Virus record (IMG/VR): IMGVR_UViG_3300032295_001012
Coordinates: 1-24,149 of that record
From: a virus
Taxonomy: Duplodnaviria; Caudoviricetes
DNA: 24,149 nt
Strand: one strand, 5' to 3'
In this document: one piece after another, positions 16,330-24,149 of the stretch
Numbering within the stretch: position 1 is the first letter of the stretch
Layout: every line of letters begins with the position of its first letter
Translations under genes and position numbers: made by a program
The notes under the pieces: generated by a model
The model's input: the letters and a program-made list of their open reading frames with translations, nothing else
What the model was told of the DNA's origin: nothing
Database searches by the model: none

Positions 16330-16850
16330 CAGATGAACCCGATGAGGGCGTTGGCGGTCGGGGTGCTGGACGCGGTCATGGCGATCTCGACCAGTTCCGC
16401 GCCGCACAGATCGACGATGATGAACCCGCCGTACACGGCAGCGATGTTGCCGTTGTAAATCTTGCAGTCACCGAAGTTCTTGACGTAGGTCAGGCCGAGG
16501 TACTGGTTCGCGCTGTTCACAGAGGTCGTTGCCGCACCAGCGGTAACGGTGCAGGTCGTCAGCAACTGCGGACGCCAGTAGCCGTCGTCTCCACGGTTCC
16601 AGCCGATGACGTGCAGGACGACGGTTCCTCCGGACGCGCTCGACGCCGTCTGAATCTTGGCGTAGTTCAAGCGCGCGCCAAGCACGATTCCCGCCGTAGC
16701 GCCGGACGTAACCGTCACTGGCGTCGTCGTCGTGCCGTTGCGAACCGTCAGCGAGGACGGAAGGGTCAGGTTGGACGGAGATGCCACCTCCATAGGGGCA
16801 GTCAGCGTCCGGGTTGCGGTGATCGTGGGATTCAGTCCAATGAGGCTCAT
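16329..16850 (-). CDS. Hypothetical virion structural protein (173 aa)
   Basis: AAGGA SD upstream; T/A/G-rich, beta-type composition; within structural operon. Confidence 0.65.
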   Translation of the reverse strand: MSLIGLNPTITATRTLTAPMEVASPSNLTLPSSLTVRNGTTTTPVTVTSGATAGIVLGARLNYAKIQTASSASGGTVVLHVIGWNRGDDGYWRPQLLTTCTVTAGAATTSVNSANQYLGLTYVKNFGDCKIYNGNIAAVYGGFIIVDLCGAELVEIAMTASSTPTANALIGFI

Positions 16851-16859
16851 GGTCGTTCC

Positions 16860-17579
16860 TTACGAGGGATTCTGCACTGGGTTGAGGATGATGAAGCCGG
16901 GGCCGTTTCGCGTTCCGGAACGCCACAGGTTCGGCTGTACCTGACCGAAATGGCTCTGCACCATTCCGTCCTTCTGCTTGGCCGCGCCGAAGATCGGGCC
17001 AGCCTCGATCTCCGCGAACCGCTGGCTCTGCTGCCCGTCCTCGTATGCTTCCGCTACGGCGCGGACATACGAGATGAGCGTCGCCTCGACGTGCTTCGGG
17101 ATCGAGATGACCTCCGAGGTCGCAGTCGAACTGGTGACCGACTGCCACCCGGTTCGATACAGCACCTTCAGGGACTCCGCGCTCGTCGGCGTCGGATACA
17201 ACTCCAGACGGAACGACTGCGTCGGGGCAAGCGTCGTCGGAAGCACCGTCTTGACGTAGGCGCGCCACGTCAGATCCGGGTAGTTCGTCTGCCGAGCAGT
17301 CTCGACCTCCTCCGGGGACTGAATCCACAGAGGCTGATCCTGCTTCCAGACCTGCGTCAGTTCAGCGAAGTCGGAAGGAAGCGTGACGTAGGACTGTGCC
17401 ACGACCGTCGTGACGTTCGCGGTCGCCTCCCGGAACTTCCACGGGTGGGTGAACAGATGCTCCCCTGCGGTGTTGATGATCTCCGCCTGACGTTCCGCAA
17501 CGGTCTGCCCGGAGGCCGTCGAAGGACGACCGCCGATGGCAAGCAGGACGTGGTTCTTGAGATCGCCGTAGGTAAGCAT
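16860..17579 (-). CDS. Head-tail adaptor / tail tubular protein A-like (239 aa)
   Basis: Likely start ATG 17579 (MLTYGDLKNHV); IINTAGEHLFTHPWKFRE, YVTLPSDF and LELYPTP motifs; position after capsid genes. Confidence 0.75.
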   Translation of the reverse strand: MLTYGDLKNHVLLAIGGRPSTASGQTVAERQAEIINTAGEHLFTHPWKFREATANVTTVVAQSYVTLPSDFAELTQVWKQDQPLWIQSPEEVETARQTNYPDLTWRAYVKTVLPTTLAPTQSFRLELYPTPTSAESLKVLYRTGWQSVTSSTATSEVISIPKHVEATLISYVRAVAEAYEDGQQSQRFAEIEAGPIFGAAKQKDGMVQSHFGQVQPNLWRSGTRNGPGFIILNPVQNPS

Positions 17580-17587
17580 GGGTAATT

Positions 17588-17615
17588 CCACTGGCCGGGT
17601 TTCCCCGGCCAGTGG
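17588..17615 (-). terminator. 12-bp perfect stem with GAAA tetraloop (possible terminator/attenuator or mRNA stabiliser; no U-tract)
   Basis: + strand ccactggccggg-tttc-cccggccagtgg in the intergenic gap after the decoration gene. Confidence 0.6.
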
Positions 17616-17630
17616 TGAATGGTTGCGCTA

Positions 17631-18125
17631 TCAGGAGCCGAACGAGACGTTGCCGTCGAGAGCGACAGTGATCTGCGTCACCGTGGTGCCGCCGACAAGG
17701 CACAGGCCGATGGGCTGCGTAACGGTCGCATTCGTCACGGTTCCAGCAGTAAGGCCGGATGCCGGAATGCCGACGTTGTTTCCGGCAGCGTAGGTGGCGG
17801 AAGCCGCCTTGACCGGAGTCGTACCGACGAACATGATGGGGCCAGAAGCACCATCAGCGATCGCTTCCTGCGCGACACCGTAGATTCCGGTGGTCGTCGC
17901 ACCCTTTCCGGTCGGCCCCTTCACCACGTTGGCGAAGATGCTGTTGGAAGCGGAGCCGACGGCGGCGCTGCCCTGACCAGCCTCAAGGCTGGCCTGCGAC
18001 AGATCGAGGCGGACGAGTTCGTACTGCGCGATCGCGCCGCCAGCCGCGTTGCGGCACTTCAGGATGAGCGTGCGGGGCTGGATGCCGAGCACGCCGTTGT
18101 TGCTAGCAGAGAGAAGAACGGACAT
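17631..18125 (-). CDS. Capsid decoration / cement protein (164 aa)
   Basis: Directly after major capsid gene; AAGGAAGG SD; small A/G/T-rich protein with GIYGVAQEAIADGASGPIMFVG. Confidence 0.65.
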   Translation of the reverse strand: MSVLLSASNNGVLGIQPRTLILKCRNAAGGAIAQYELVRLDLSQASLEAGQGSAAVGSASNSIFANVVKGPTGKGATTTGIYGVAQEAIADGASGPIMFVGTTPVKAASATYAAGNNVGIPASGLTAGTVTNATVTQPIGLCLVGGTTVTQITVALDGNVSFGS

Positions 18126-18152
18126 GAGTGTGTTCCTTCCTTGTGTGGTAGA

Positions 18153-18176
18153 GGGGGCGGGATCGCTCCCGCCCCC
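18153..18176 (-). promoter_or_regulatory. 10-bp perfect GC stem with GCGA tetraloop downstream of major capsid gene
   Basis: + strand gggggcggga-tcgc-tcccgccccc; no U-tract follows on the minus strand. Confidence 0.6.
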
Positions 18177-18185
18177 GTTGCTTCA

Positions 18186-19436
18186 TCAGGTGGTCTTGAC
18201 CGGGGCGACGATGCCGTGACGCTGGCGGCTGTTGCAGAACAGGTTCCACCAGCAATCGACGGGCTGCACCCAAGTGAACGGCTGGTTCGGGTGACGCATC
18301 ACGTCGTGCTTCTTCATGTAGCGGGTGCTGTGGAAGATCGGCGTGAGGTACTGGCCGTTGACGAACCAGAAGCGCGGCCCCTTGTCGATGGTGGTCAGCG
18401 CCGACTCCGAGGCAGTGATCGACGTTGACAGGGTCGCGCCGTCGCGGCCCGACTTGTTGTCCGTGATCGTGCCAGCGGCAGACGGGAAGATCGCCGCATC
18501 ATCGAGGTTCGAGCAGTACTCGACCGGGATGCCCGAGAACGTCGGGGTGTTGTAGGCGCTGTCCTGCGGGCTGACGAGCATGTCGTTCGACGCACGGAGG
18601 GCGCGCTTGTAGGTGTTCACGCCGAGACGGGACGCGAGGATCATCTGGCGCTGGAAGTTCGTCTCCTCGAAGTACTGACGCTGCGTCAGCGGAGCCTTGA
18701 ACTGCACCTTCAGGTACATCTCGTCCATCGCGGTGAACAGGCCACCGACCTGACGGGTTCCGGCGTTGTGGTTCGTGTAGGTGAACGAAGCCGGAGTCGC
18801 GTTGTGGTCGAGCGCACGGTCGTAGAACGAGATCTGGTTCGACCAACGGGCGTCCGTGGCTGGGTTGATGCCGAGGACGTTCGTCCATCCGGTCGGAGCG
18901 CCACCGCGCTCACCGAAGGTGGTGACGCTGTTGATGATCTCGGTGATGAACGCGGGGAGGCCGTAAGGCTCCTTGCCGCCCGTCTCCATGTTGCCGTAGT
19001 TGCCGATGTACGGAGCCCACAGGTCGTTCTCCATGCCGTTCAGCATGGAAGTCCACATGCGCATCTCCTTGATGCGCTTGAGGCGCTTGTACATGACCTT
19101 GGCGTCGCCGTCGTTGAGTTCGACCTCCTGATCCGTCCACGACATGTAGTCCATCGAGAAACGCCACGGGGCCGACAGGGTGTCGGTGACCTGCGGGTTC
19201 GTCCAAGTGAACGTGTCGTTGGGCTGGTACTTCTGGTAGGTCGAGGCGTCGTCGAAGACGATCACGTCCTTGATGGACGTACCGCCCTGAACCAGCGTCT
19301 CGCTGGCCTTCTCCTTGAGAAGACGGGAGAGGACGTAGTTGTTCTTGACGGCCTCGTTGATGACGGCATCGGCGGACTTCAGGTACGCAGGCCCGGTGGA
19401 CTGCATGAAGTCGTTGAACTGGGTAATCGAAGGCAT
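18186..19436 (-). CDS. Major capsid protein (416 aa)
   Basis: Strong SD (TAAGGAG); follows the scaffold gene; size; strongly C/G-biased codons; GGTSIK...FSGIPVEY...NLFCNSRQRHG segments consistent with HK97-fold podovirus coat proteins. Confidence 0.85.
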   Translation of the reverse strand: MPSITQFNDFMQSTGPAYLKSADAVINEAVKNNYVLSRLLKEKASETLVQGGTSIKDVIVFDDASTYQKYQPNDTFTWTNPQVTDTLSAPWRFSMDYMSWTDQEVELNDGDAKVMYKRLKRIKEMRMWTSMLNGMENDLWAPYIGNYGNMETGGKEPYGLPAFITEIINSVTTFGERGGAPTGWTNVLGINPATDARWSNQISFYDRALDHNATPASFTYTNHNAGTRQVGGLFTAMDEMYLKVQFKAPLTQRQYFEETNFQRQMILASRLGVNTYKRALRASNDMLVSPQDSAYNTPTFSGIPVEYCSNLDDAAIFPSAAGTITDNKSGRDGATLSTSITASESALTTIDKGPRFWFVNGQYLTPIFHSTRYMKKHDVMRHPNQPFTWVQPVDCWWNLFCNSRQRHGIVAPVKTT

Positions 19437-19448
19437 TTGCCTTGCTCC

Positions 19449-20348
19449 TTACTTGCGTGTTGCGGGACGGAGACGACTGTTTCCGCCCGACATGATCTGG
19501 TCAAGGATGTCGTCGTCCTCGTCGCGCGGAGGCGGCTTCACCGGGGCCGGGCCACCCTTCGGGGCGGTCGGCTGGCTGGCGCGCGGATTCACGGGCGCGG
19601 ACGGCTTCGATCCAACGATGGCCGAGTAGGCGGCGGCGGCGAGTTCATCGACGCTTGCGTACCCACCCGGCTTCGCAGCCCCGAGTTCCGACATCTTCGC
19701 GAGAACCGCGTCGTAGGACGGAGCCTTGGCTCCGTACTGGACGCGGAGCGAGACATCGGCTGCGCGGGTCTGCGCAAGCAGCAGTTGCGCCTGCATCTGC
19801 TCCTGCTGCTGCTGGAAGGCCATGCGGACGGGACTGACGACATCGTCGCCGTACACCGCCGCCATCTGCGCGAAGGGATCAGCCGAAGCAGGCGTCTCCG
19901 CCGGGGCAGGCGTGTTGTCCTGCACCGTCGAATTCTGCTGCGCGCCCTTCGTCACCTGCTCCTCCAACTGCTTCATTCGACTGCCATACGAGTCCACGTC
20001 CTTCTGTCGCTTCGCAGCGGACTCCGCCCACTTGGTGAGCGTTTCCGGGGAAGCCGAGGAGATGACCTCGTCGGGTACGCCGTCCCTCTTCAGGATCTTG
20101 GCGACCGCGTCACGGTCGAAGGCGATCACGGGCTTCTCCTCGACGGGAGGGAGGGTGGACGAATCCACGTCAGCCTCGTCGTCATCGGAGTCCACGTCGT
20201 CGAGAAGGCGCGCAAGGATGGCATCGTCCTCGTCCACCGAGTTCACCTCGACGGCTTCGGTGGAGTGCGTGTCGTCCTGCGTGACCTTCTCCCCCGCCTC
20301 GCTGGACGGGGTTTCGGCCTGCACGATGGGTTCAGCGTCGCTGTCCAT
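19449..20348 (-). CDS. Capsid scaffolding protein (299 aa)
   Basis: Likely start ATG 20348 with GAGGA SD; acidic disordered N-terminus, helical middle, Pro-rich C-terminus; between portal and capsid genes. Confidence 0.75.
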   Translation of the reverse strand: MDSDAEPIVQAETPSSEAGEKVTQDDTHSTEAVEVNSVDEDDAILARLLDDVDSDDDEADVDSSTLPPVEEKPVIAFDRDAVAKILKRDGVPDEVISSASPETLTKWAESAAKRQKDVDSYGSRMKQLEEQVTKGAQQNSTVQDNTPAPAETPASADPFAQMAAVYGDDVVSPVRMAFQQQQEQMQAQLLLAQTRAADVSLRVQYGAKAPSYDAVLAKMSELGAAKPGGYASVDELAAAAYSAIVGSKPSAPVNPRASQPTAPKGGPAPVKPPPRDEDDDILDQIMSGGNSRLRPATRK

Positions 20349-20349
20349 G

Positions 20350-20652
20350 TCAGTCCTCTGCTCGAACATAGCCGTGCTTGGACGCAACGTTGCGTTCCTC
20401 GCGGCGGCTGTGGATGATTGGGTGTCCCTGCGAGTCGCACTTCATGCCTTCCATGTTGCGCGGAAGGGCGCGGCTGACGTAGGGATAGGTTCCTGTGGTG
20501 AAGTTCGGGCTGACCTGCGTCGATGACGCGATGCGGGTAAGCAGCCCGAGCGTCGGATGCTGGTACGTCGAGCCGATCGCAGGCACCTCGCTCATCGCGA
20601 AGACGCACTCGACCACAAGCCCTTCGTTCGTCGTGAATTCGTAGGACGGCAT
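20350..20652 (-). CDS. FmdB-like small protein (degenerate zinc ribbon), 100 aa
   Basis: MPSYEF...E....M N-terminus resembles FmdB family (MPxYEY); post-portal position; CxxC pairs absent. Confidence 0.55.
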   Translation of the reverse strand: MPSYEFTTNEGLVVECVFAMSEVPAIGSTYQHPTLGLLTRIASSTQVSPNFTTGTYPYVSRALPRNMEGMKCDSQGHPIIHSRREERNVASKHGYVRAED

Positions 20653-22427
20653 CAGATCCTCGCAGCAGCCCCGGCGATCGCTGCCTGCGCACGCGCAGGA
20701 ACCGCCTGTGGCTCACCCGTAGGAGAAGGGGAAGGAGCAGTTTGAGCAACACCCCCCTCCGCCGGATTTCCGGACGGAGGAGCGGACATGGCCTGCTGCA
20801 CCTGCTGCATGGCCTGCTCGTCGATGAAGTCCTGCATCTGTGGAACGTTCTGGGCGTCCCCGAGGAACGACAGGAGGTCGCGCCACTTGACCCACGGCAT
20901 GGCGGGCATGGCCTGCGCAGCCGTGGTGATGACCTGAAACGCCTCGATGGCGCGCTTCTGGGCAAGCATCTCGCTCGTCCGCTCCATGCTGTAGGCGTCC
21001 ACGTCGATCTGCATGTCCTCCCACGACCCGACCTTCAGCCCGCCGACGAACACCGCATCCTCCATCCCGATGGATTTCGTCTCCTCCCCGCCGACCGGGA
21101 AGGTGATCTTGCCGTCGTGGAACATGTACCACCCGACGTTGCGGAAGACGGTGTCCATCGCGTCCTGAAAGGCGCGCTTCAGATGTGCGATGCGCATGGT
21201 GCTGGCGGACTCCGCCACCGCGACCTCCGTCGCGCTGGCCGACCCGGCGATGTTGCCGCGCATGGCGTCCGACATCCCGAGCGCCCTGTCCAGACGCTCC
21301 TTGGCCGTCTCCACCGACTGAATATGCTGGTTCGTGGAGCCGCCGATCTCGACGGGAAGCAGGCTGCGGGCGTCAAGCCCGGCCTCCGCGAAGACGTACA
21401 TGTCCGGGGCGTTGACCACGTCCTGAAGGAACTTCGGGTTCTTCGCGTCTCCGACCAGCATCCGCTTGTACCGCTTCTGGTTCTCCTGCTGGCTCTTCGC
21501 CATGTCGTTGCAGTACTCGATCTGCTCACGGCAGGCGACGATCGGGGACAGCGGATAAGGGTCGTTCGGGACGCTGAACGCTCCGAAGACCGTGTACGGG
21601 CCGGACGAAGGCCCGTAGTAGGGCAGCGGCTTGCGGATGAACTCGCACTGGCAATCCCCGGATCCGCCCTGATACTTGGCGATCGTGTAGATCGAGCCGT
21701 TGAACAGGCTCTGATCCGCGGCCTCGTCGAGCAGTTCCGCCGCCGCGTCCGTCAGTTCCGGAACCCAGATCTCGTAGATCGCGATCTCGCGCCTCTCCGG
21801 GATGTCGCGGCTGTCGCGCAACTCGTCCACGCCGTTGTTGGTCGCAAGACGCTCGATCTCCTCCTTGTTCCACGTCTCGTCGAGTTCCGCACGGCGAAGC
21901 AGATCCTCCTTGTCGCACACCCAGACATGGCCCATGTACCGTGCCTCTTCCCAGTGCATCGCCGCAGGATCGACGAAGAAGCGGGCAGGATCGATGCGGT
22001 AGACGCGGGGAAGGTACGGGCCGTCGCCGTCCCACTTCCGCTCCGCGCCCTTCGGCTCGTTCACCGTCAGCGCCACGCCCCAGCCGAGCAGCATGTCGGT
22101 GGCGATCCGCTCGATGGTGCCGCGGAGCCGGGTCATCTTCGACCAGCGGTTCAGCGCCGACTTGATCGCCACGCACGCGGTGCGCTGCACCTGCGGGCGC
22201 GCGCTCGTCACGCGAACCTTCGGGTTGTCGTGGATGATGCGCGGAAGCACCATGCTGATGTACGAGTGAACCGCGTTCTCCGGGTGATCCGCCCCGTACC
22301 CGTCGCGGTAGCCCTGCCCGCAGAACCACTCGCGCAGTTCCTTCGGCGTGTGCATATGCGTGTCGCGGAAGTACTCCGCACGGTCGATCTCGTCGCGGAT
22401 CGCCGCGATGTTGCCGAAGTCAAGCAT
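20652..22427 (-). CDS. Portal protein (591 aa)
   Basis: Size; position after terminase; NPKVRV, RIDPARFFVDPAA, GMSDAMRG...SATE motifs typical of P22-like portals; Q/P-rich C-tail. Confidence 0.88.
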   Translation of the reverse strand: MLDFGNIAAIRDEIDRAEYFRDTHMHTPKELREWFCGQGYRDGYGADHPENAVHSYISMVLPRIIHDNPKVRVTSARPQVQRTACVAIKSALNRWSKMTRLRGTIERIATDMLLGWGVALTVNEPKGAERKWDGDGPYLPRVYRIDPARFFVDPAAMHWEEARYMGHVWVCDKEDLLRRAELDETWNKEEIERLATNNGVDELRDSRDIPERREIAIYEIWVPELTDAAAELLDEAADQSLFNGSIYTIAKYQGGSGDCQCEFIRKPLPYYGPSSGPYTVFGAFSVPNDPYPLSPIVACREQIEYCNDMAKSQQENQKRYKRMLVGDAKNPKFLQDVVNAPDMYVFAEAGLDARSLLPVEIGGSTNQHIQSVETAKERLDRALGMSDAMRGNIAGSASATEVAVAESASTMRIAHLKRAFQDAMDTVFRNVGWYMFHDGKITFPVGGEETKSIGMEDAVFVGGLKVGSWEDMQIDVDAYSMERTSEMLAQKRAIEAFQVITTAAQAMPAMPWVKWRDLLSFLGDAQNVPQMQDFIDEQAMQQVQQAMSAPPSGNPAEGGVAQTAPSPSPTGEPQAVPARAQAAIAGAAARI

Positions 22428-22743
22428 GTTCCTTCACCTTCGCAGTTGCCCTGCGATCCTTCTCCAGTTCCTTGCGAACGGCCTCAATGCGGTCTTCGAG
22501 CGCGCCGAGGGATCCCTCGACGCCCATCACGCGCGCGGTCAGGGCGGCGAACGACGCCTTCTCCTCCATCGCGGCGGGCGGCTTGTTGATCTCGCGAACC
22601 TGCCTGACGACCTTCTCCGCCTCGATCGGGTCAAGGTCGATCTTGACTCCGGTCGAGAGGTGGATCCGGAGGCGTCCGCCGATGTCGTCGATCTGGTCGA
22701 TCGAATCGACCGGGAACCACGTCTGCCGGATCTTGATGAACAT
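22420..22743 (-). CDS. Hypothetical protein with C-terminal coiled coil (107 aa)
   Basis: TGATG-coupled to upstream gene; overlaps the portal start and contains its SD (AAGGA). Confidence 0.7.
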   Translation of the reverse strand: MFIKIRQTWFPVDSIDQIDDIGGRLRIHLSTGVKIDLDPIEAEKVVRQVREINKPPAAMEEKASFAALTARVMGVEGSLGALEDRIEAVRKELEKDRRATAKVKEHA

Positions 22744-22892
22744 CAGCGGCCCTTTCGTCCGGCCTTCTTGGCCGTCTTCTTGGCGCGGGCGGGAAGGCGC
22801 TTCATGGACTTCGTCTTGGAAGCCATCTCCTTCGCGATCCGCGGGTGCTGCGCGAACATGTAGCCCTGCTGGGCCTTCGACTTGAACGGCAT
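22743..22892 (-). CDS. Small basic protein (49 aa)
   Basis: Not in ORF track. MPFKSKAQQGYMFAQHPRIAKEMASKTKSMKRLPARAKKTAKKAGRKGR*; TAATG and TGATG coupling at its two ends. Confidence 0.8.
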   Translation of the reverse strand: MPFKSKAQQGYMFAQHPRIAKEMASKTKSMKRLPARAKKTAKKAGRKGR

Positions 22893-23002
22893 TACTTCTT
22901 CTTCGCCTTCTTCATCGGCTTGCCGGACTTCTTCGCGGCGGCAGCGGCCTGCATCTTGCCCATCTTCGTGTAGGGGAACGACTTGTTTCCGACCTTCGGC
23001 AT
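22892..23002 (-). CDS. Small Lys-rich protein (36 aa)
   Basis: Not in ORF track. MPKVGNKSFPYTKMGKMQAAAAAKKSGKPMKKAKKK*; coupled at both ends. Confidence 0.8.
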   Translation of the reverse strand: MPKVGNKSFPYTKMGKMQAAAAAKKSGKPMKKAKKK

Positions 23003-23133
23003 CACTTGCTCTTCTTCCAGCCGCGCTTCATGGCGGCGTAAGACTTCGCGCTGACGGTTGACTTGGACTTGGGGCGCGAGATCCCAAGTTTGCGACGCTT
23101 GTTGATGTTCCCGACCAGCGAGTTCTTCGCCAC
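23002..23133 (-). CDS. Small basic protein (43 aa)
   Basis: Not in ORF track. GTG start 1 nt after upstream stop; MAKNSLVGNINKRRKLGISRPKSKSTVSAKSYAAMKRGWKKSK*. Confidence 0.75.
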   Translation of the reverse strand: MAKNSLVGNINKRRKLGISRPKSKSTVSAKSYAAMKRGWKKSK

Positions 23134-23134
23134 G

Positions 23135-23371
23135 TCAGCACCCCCATCGCTTCCGCGCGGCCATCCCGCGCTCACCCTTCCACGACCGACTGCGCGCGCA
23201 GAAGGACTTGTGGCGGGGATCGTTCTTGTCCTTCGTCGGAGCCTGCAACTTGCTCCCTGTCGCGCGGTTGTACTTCGCCCGACCCTTGGCCGTCAGACCC
23301 GCTCCCTGCGACACGGGCAACTTCTCGCCCCTGCCGACCGCGAGGCTCGGCCCCTGCTTCCTCTTCGCCAT
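23135..23371 (-). CDS. Small basic protein (78 aa)
   Basis: True start ATG 23371 (TGATG, GGAGG upstream); GLTAKGRAKYNRATGSKLQAP...RHKSFCARS...AARKRWGC. Confidence 0.8.
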   Translation of the reverse strand: MAKRKQGPSLAVGRGEKLPVSQGAGLTAKGRAKYNRATGSKLQAPTKDKNDPRHKSFCARSRSWKGERGMAARKRWGC

Positions 23372-23664
23372 CAGTCGTCCTCCTCGTCGATCTTCGGAAG
23401 GAACAGCCACACCGGGGTGCTGTCCCCGACATACGCCGCCACGATGTTGCACTCCAGATGCTCCACCGCGTCGTCGTACTCCATGCCCTGATCGTTGACC
23501 AGCACGTTGATGACGCGGTGGGTGTCGTAGACGACCCGGTAGGCGCCGCTCTTCAGGTCGCGGGTGATGCCGATGACGGCATCGTCCAGCCCGTCCGCGA
23601 ACAGGGACGTGACCTCGTTGTCGTCCAGCCACTCGCGTACACGGTCTGCGTTGCAGATCATCAT
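23371..23664 (-). CDS. Acidic hypothetical phage protein (97 aa)
   Basis: ATGA overlap with terminase stop; FADGLDDAVIG...VVYD...AVEHLECNIVAAYVGDSTP. Confidence 0.75.
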   Translation of the reverse strand: MMICNADRVREWLDDNEVTSLFADGLDDAVIGITRDLKSGAYRVVYDTHRVINVLVNDQGMEYDDAVEHLECNIVAAYVGDSTPVWLFLPKIDEEDD

Positions 23665-24149
23665 CGAAAGACCTCCCAGTGCCGAAGAAGATCCCCGGCA
23701 GTGCCGGGAGAGTAGTCAGGACGCTCGTCGCCCGGAACAGGGGCATCGTCGAGCGCCAGCCACGCAAGCGCAAGCGCGATCACGCGGTCGCCGTGATTTT
23801 CCCTCGCCCCGGTCGATTCGTCCCGCAATCTGCCGGGAATCACCCGACCGTTTCCGTCAAGGACGTAGGCAAGCATCTCGTCGAGCGTCCCCGTGCATGG
23901 CACGATCACCTCGCCCTGCTGCACCGCACGCGACAGGTTGCCCAACAGCAGCCGCTTCGACTGCTCGCTCGACACCCATCCGACCCGATCCACGATCCCG
24001 TGCGTCGTCTTGCCCTCGCGCCTCGGCTTCCACACGTTGTTGAACCGCTGCGCCTCGAAGTCACGTTGCAGGCTCTGGCCGGGGCCGTTCACCTCCCACG
24101 CCACCACCGCCTCCCTGAACGACTGCCGGGCGACCTCCGCCACCTCCGC
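23661..24149 (-). CDS. terL: Terminase large subunit, C-terminal RNase H-like nuclease domain (5'-truncated)
   Basis: VAWEVNGPG, GWVSSEQSK, TLDEMLAY and HGDRVIALALA motifs; upstream of portal. Confidence 0.88.
   Translation of the reverse strand, partial: AEVAEVARQSFREAVVAWEVNGPGQSLQRDFEAQRFNNVWKPRREGKTTHGIVDRVGWVSSEQSKRLLLGNLSRAVQQGEVIVPCTGTLDEMLAYVLDGNGRVIPGRLRDESTGARENHGDRVIALALAWLALDDAPVPGDERPDYSPGTAGDLLRHWEVFR

Noticed and set aside
23135-23773. 212-aa ORF as listed in the track
   Set aside because: The upstream part overlaps the terminase and 97-aa genes in another frame; only the last 78 aa from ATG 23371 is a credible gene.
1-24149. Stop-codon reassignment, since the called genes end in TAA or TGA rather than TAG
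   Set aside because: All genes are intact under the standard code and no in-frame TAG interrupts them; low TAG use is ordinary.

Overview
A GC-rich tailed-phage (podovirus-like) virion morphogenesis operon, encoded entirely on the minus strand and read right to left. Gene order: terminase large subunit C-terminus, a cluster of tiny very basic proteins, portal, FmdB-like protein, scaffold, major capsid, decoration protein, head-tail adaptor, fibre/spike proteins, a holin/spanin-like cassette with no endolysin in the window, Mtd_N-type tail fibre, tail nozzle, three probable ejection proteins, and a giant ORF. The giant ORF (7274 to <1, at least 2424 aa) is missing from the ORF track because it runs off the window edge. 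It resembles a large polyvalent protein: a HExxH zincin peptidase is followed by three lower-GC modules (GNAT, unknown, ART-PolyVal-like ADP-ribosyltransferase). Each module is bounded by an in-frame repeat encoding G(I/V)SM(A/S)R(E/D), and three of the four copies are near-identical in DNA. This is a candidate plug-in effector cassette and autoprocessing system. The sequence also appears to avoid AGCT, CCWGG and some 6-bp palindromes. All functional calls come from manual translation, motif recognition and gene order; no database searches were run.
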